Below, piece after piece: positions 62,257 through 64,000 of a stretch of DNA of 64,000 nucleotides. Location: NCBI GenBank assembly GCA_020833025.1, contig JAJHRB010000001.1, positions 12,277 through 76,276 on the forward strand. Direction: 5' to 3'. A program made the position numbers and the translations under genes. This DNA is from Thermoproteaceae archaeon (GTDB lineage Archaea; Thermoproteota; Thermoprotei; Thermoproteales; Thermoproteaceae). Position 1 is the stretch's first letter; each line of letters begins with the position of its first letter. Below the pieces are notes generated by a model. That model was given only the letters and a program-made list of their open reading frames with translations, did no database searches and was not told the DNA's origin.

Positions 62257-64000
62257 TCACGGCACTTTTCTAAACAACGTCACGATGTCATCGTAGTCCA
62301 GCCGGCCGTTCCTGTTGAAGTCGTACAGCCGCCAGCACTCCCGCACCGCCGGGTCTTCAAAGTGCCTGAACAGCCTGACGACGTCGTCGTAGTCAAGCCT
62401 GCCGTTCCCGTTCAAATCCTCGTAAAGCCCATCGCCGTCTAGATCCCTAGGCACAACCCCGCCGACCGGCTTCGGGCAGCCCGGCACGTAAATCGCGCCG
62501 GGCCTGACGACAACGGGGATGGGGTGCCCGCCGTCGTCGTCAAGAGTCTCGTTGAAAACTGTGGCAACGGCAATGCCGGACGTCAGAGCCCTGACGGCTA
62601 TCTCGGCGAGGACGACATTCCGCGCGCCGGGCCTGACGGCATCGCTCAAGTCAACCGCCTTGAGCTCGACGGTGTAGTTGTCGACGCGACGCCAGTCGCT
62701 CAGCCTGGCCCAGTCGGGGAAGCTCACGCCCTCAATCCTGATGTCGGCAACCGTGCACTGGAGCGAGGCCTGCCGGCAGCAAGCCGTTATGTTCGACAGC
62801 AGCGCAATCGGGCGCGTTGTGAACCACAGCGAGTAGCCAGAGAGGCCGCCGGGCGCCCTGTCAAGGACGATCTTAACAACGCCGGTGCCGCCCACGGGAA
62901 TTGTCGCGTTCGTGACGTAAACTATGCTTACAACTCTGGGCACTGGCTTGACTGTGAAGCAAGCCCTCCCCACCTCCTCTCCAGGCAAGGCCTGCAAGCC
63001 CAGGAGGAAGTTTAGCGTCACGCAATATGTGCCAGGCGTGCCTGGCGCCGTGAGGCCAAAGCTCCTTGCAATTACCTTGTGCGCCTCTATCGGCCCGTCC
63101 CACAGCCTCGCGATCTCGCCGCCGTTCCAGCCGTAGACCACCAGGCTGGCCGTGCACGCAGCACAGCACCTCGCGAGCACGAACTCGGCGTACCCGCCGA
63201 CAGCACCGCCTGGAGCTACCTCCGCCCTGTCCAGTCTGAACTCGCGGACGTAGACGCATCTCTCGGGCCTCAGCTCGACGTCAATTGACGCGCTGCCCGA
63301 GACGTAGATGCTTCTCTCACCGCTGTACCTTATCCTCATGCCTGACACGTCATATTCGGCCTCAGCCCTGACGGTATAGCGCCCCTCCTCGAGCTCGAAC
63401 AGGGCAGCGCCGGAGGAGTTCGCATGGGCGCACCTGCTGTCAACGCATATGCGGGCGCCGGCTGCCGCCGAGCCGTCAGCGTGCACGGCCCTGATCACGA
63501 CGTGATAGACAGGTCTGCCGACTCTAACGGTCCTCTCCGCGGAGTCGCTCCCCTCCTCCGAGCTGTACTCCACGCGCATCGTGTAAGTGCCGTCTCTCAG
63601 CAGCGTCACGGGGCCGACGTCAACGCGCAGGGTGTTACACGCCGTGACGCCTACAGCGCCTACATCCAGCTCCTTGGAGACCGAGTAGACCTCCCTTCCC
63701 CCGTAGTAGATCCCCGCCCTGAGGGCGCCTTTACCCCCTGGCGAGTCGATGTAAACCGATAAGTGCGCCGTCCTCTCGCCGATCCAGTCCACCCGGACCT
63801 CGCGGATTCTAGGCGGCATTAACGCCAGAATGCAGTACTGGCCGAAGCCGTAGATGTCAATGGACTGCACCCACCGCGCCGTGCCCTGCCACAGGGGCAC
63901 GCCGACCGCCGTGAAGTTTCCTGCCAGTGTCTTCCTGGCTGATATGTGCGTCACCTGGCCCGGCATGACGCTGCCCCAGCCATATGCACAGTCCCAGGAC
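62257..64000 (-). CDS. Large secreted/surface protein with Ig-like domains, cohesin and C-terminal dockerin (5' partial, open to the window edge)
   Basis: Frame open past ATG 63966 to the edge; cohesin IVLDRAPGGLSGY...KAVDLSDAVRPGARNVVLA...LDDDGG; dockerin DLDGDGLYEDLNGNGRLDYDDVV...YDFNRNGRLDYDDIV. Confidence 0.75.
   Translation of the reverse strand, partial: SWDCAYGWGSVMPGQVTHISARKTLAGNFTAVGVPLWQGTARWVQSIDIYGFGQYCILALMPPRIREVRVDWIGERTAHLSVYIDSPGGKGALRAGIYYGGREVYSVSKELDVGAVGVTACNTLRVDVGPVTLLRDGTYTMRVEYSSEEGSDSAERTVRVGRPVYHVVIRAVHADGSAAAGARICVDSRCAHANSSGAALFELEEGRYTVRAEAEYDVSGMRIRYSGERSIYVSGSASIDVELRPERCVYVREFRLDRAEVAPGGAVGGYAEFVLARCCAACTASLVVYGWNGGEIARLWDGPIEAHKVIARSFGLTAPGTPGTYCVTLNFLLGLQALPGEEVGRACFTVKPVPRVVSIVYVTNATIPVGGTGVVKIVLDRAPGGLSGYSLWFTTRPIALLSNITACCRQASLQCTVADIRIEGVSFPDWARLSDWRRVDNYTVELKAVDLSDAVRPGARNVVLAEIAVRALTSGIAVATVFNETLDDDGGHPIPVVVRPGAIYVPGCPKPVGGVVPRDLDGDGLYEDLNGNGRLDYDDVVRLFRHFEDPAVRECWRLYDFNRNGRLDYDDIVTLFRKVP

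Noticed and set aside
62405-62425. tRNA T-loop-like GTTCAAATCC
   Set aside because: Falls within the dockerin coding sequence; no cloverleaf.

Overview
A GC-rich archaeal chromosome segment, almost certainly Thermoproteaceae (Pyrobaculum/Thermoproteus-like). The assignment rests on the crenactin/arcadin cluster, a paREP15-like coiled-coil gene, Thermoproteales-type TnpB relics and mostly leaderless genes. Most of the window is core housekeeping: rpoL, nep1, argG, tkt-tkt-aroB-aroA, tyrS, FBP aldolase/phosphatase, coaD, thg1, hel308, ksgA, rnz, PINA, glyS, endA, the arcade cluster with radA, carS, atpF/E/A, the rpoH-B-A1-A2-L30e-nusA-S12-rpoD-L18e-L13-S9-rpoN superoperon, Sm, MAT, RIO2, nfi and mig. 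The top observation concerns the two amino-acid-biosynthesis transcription units, argG and tkt-aroB-aroA. Both start with a promoter-positioned ATG that is out of frame, and both share the layout TCG GGG [cognate codon] NNN NNN stop, with Arg CGA for argG and Phe TTC for the aromatic operon. A -1 slip on the G4 run enters the enzyme frame, which suggests an amino-acid-sensing 'hungry codon' frameshift switch (hypothesis; sequencing error or decay is not excluded). Also notable: a cohesin-dockerin surface scaffold pair at the right edge, three C/D-box sRNA candidates, two decayed TnpB elements (one with structured ends), and a doubly frameshifted C2H2 zinc-finger gene. No tRNA, rRNA or CRISPR array was recognised.
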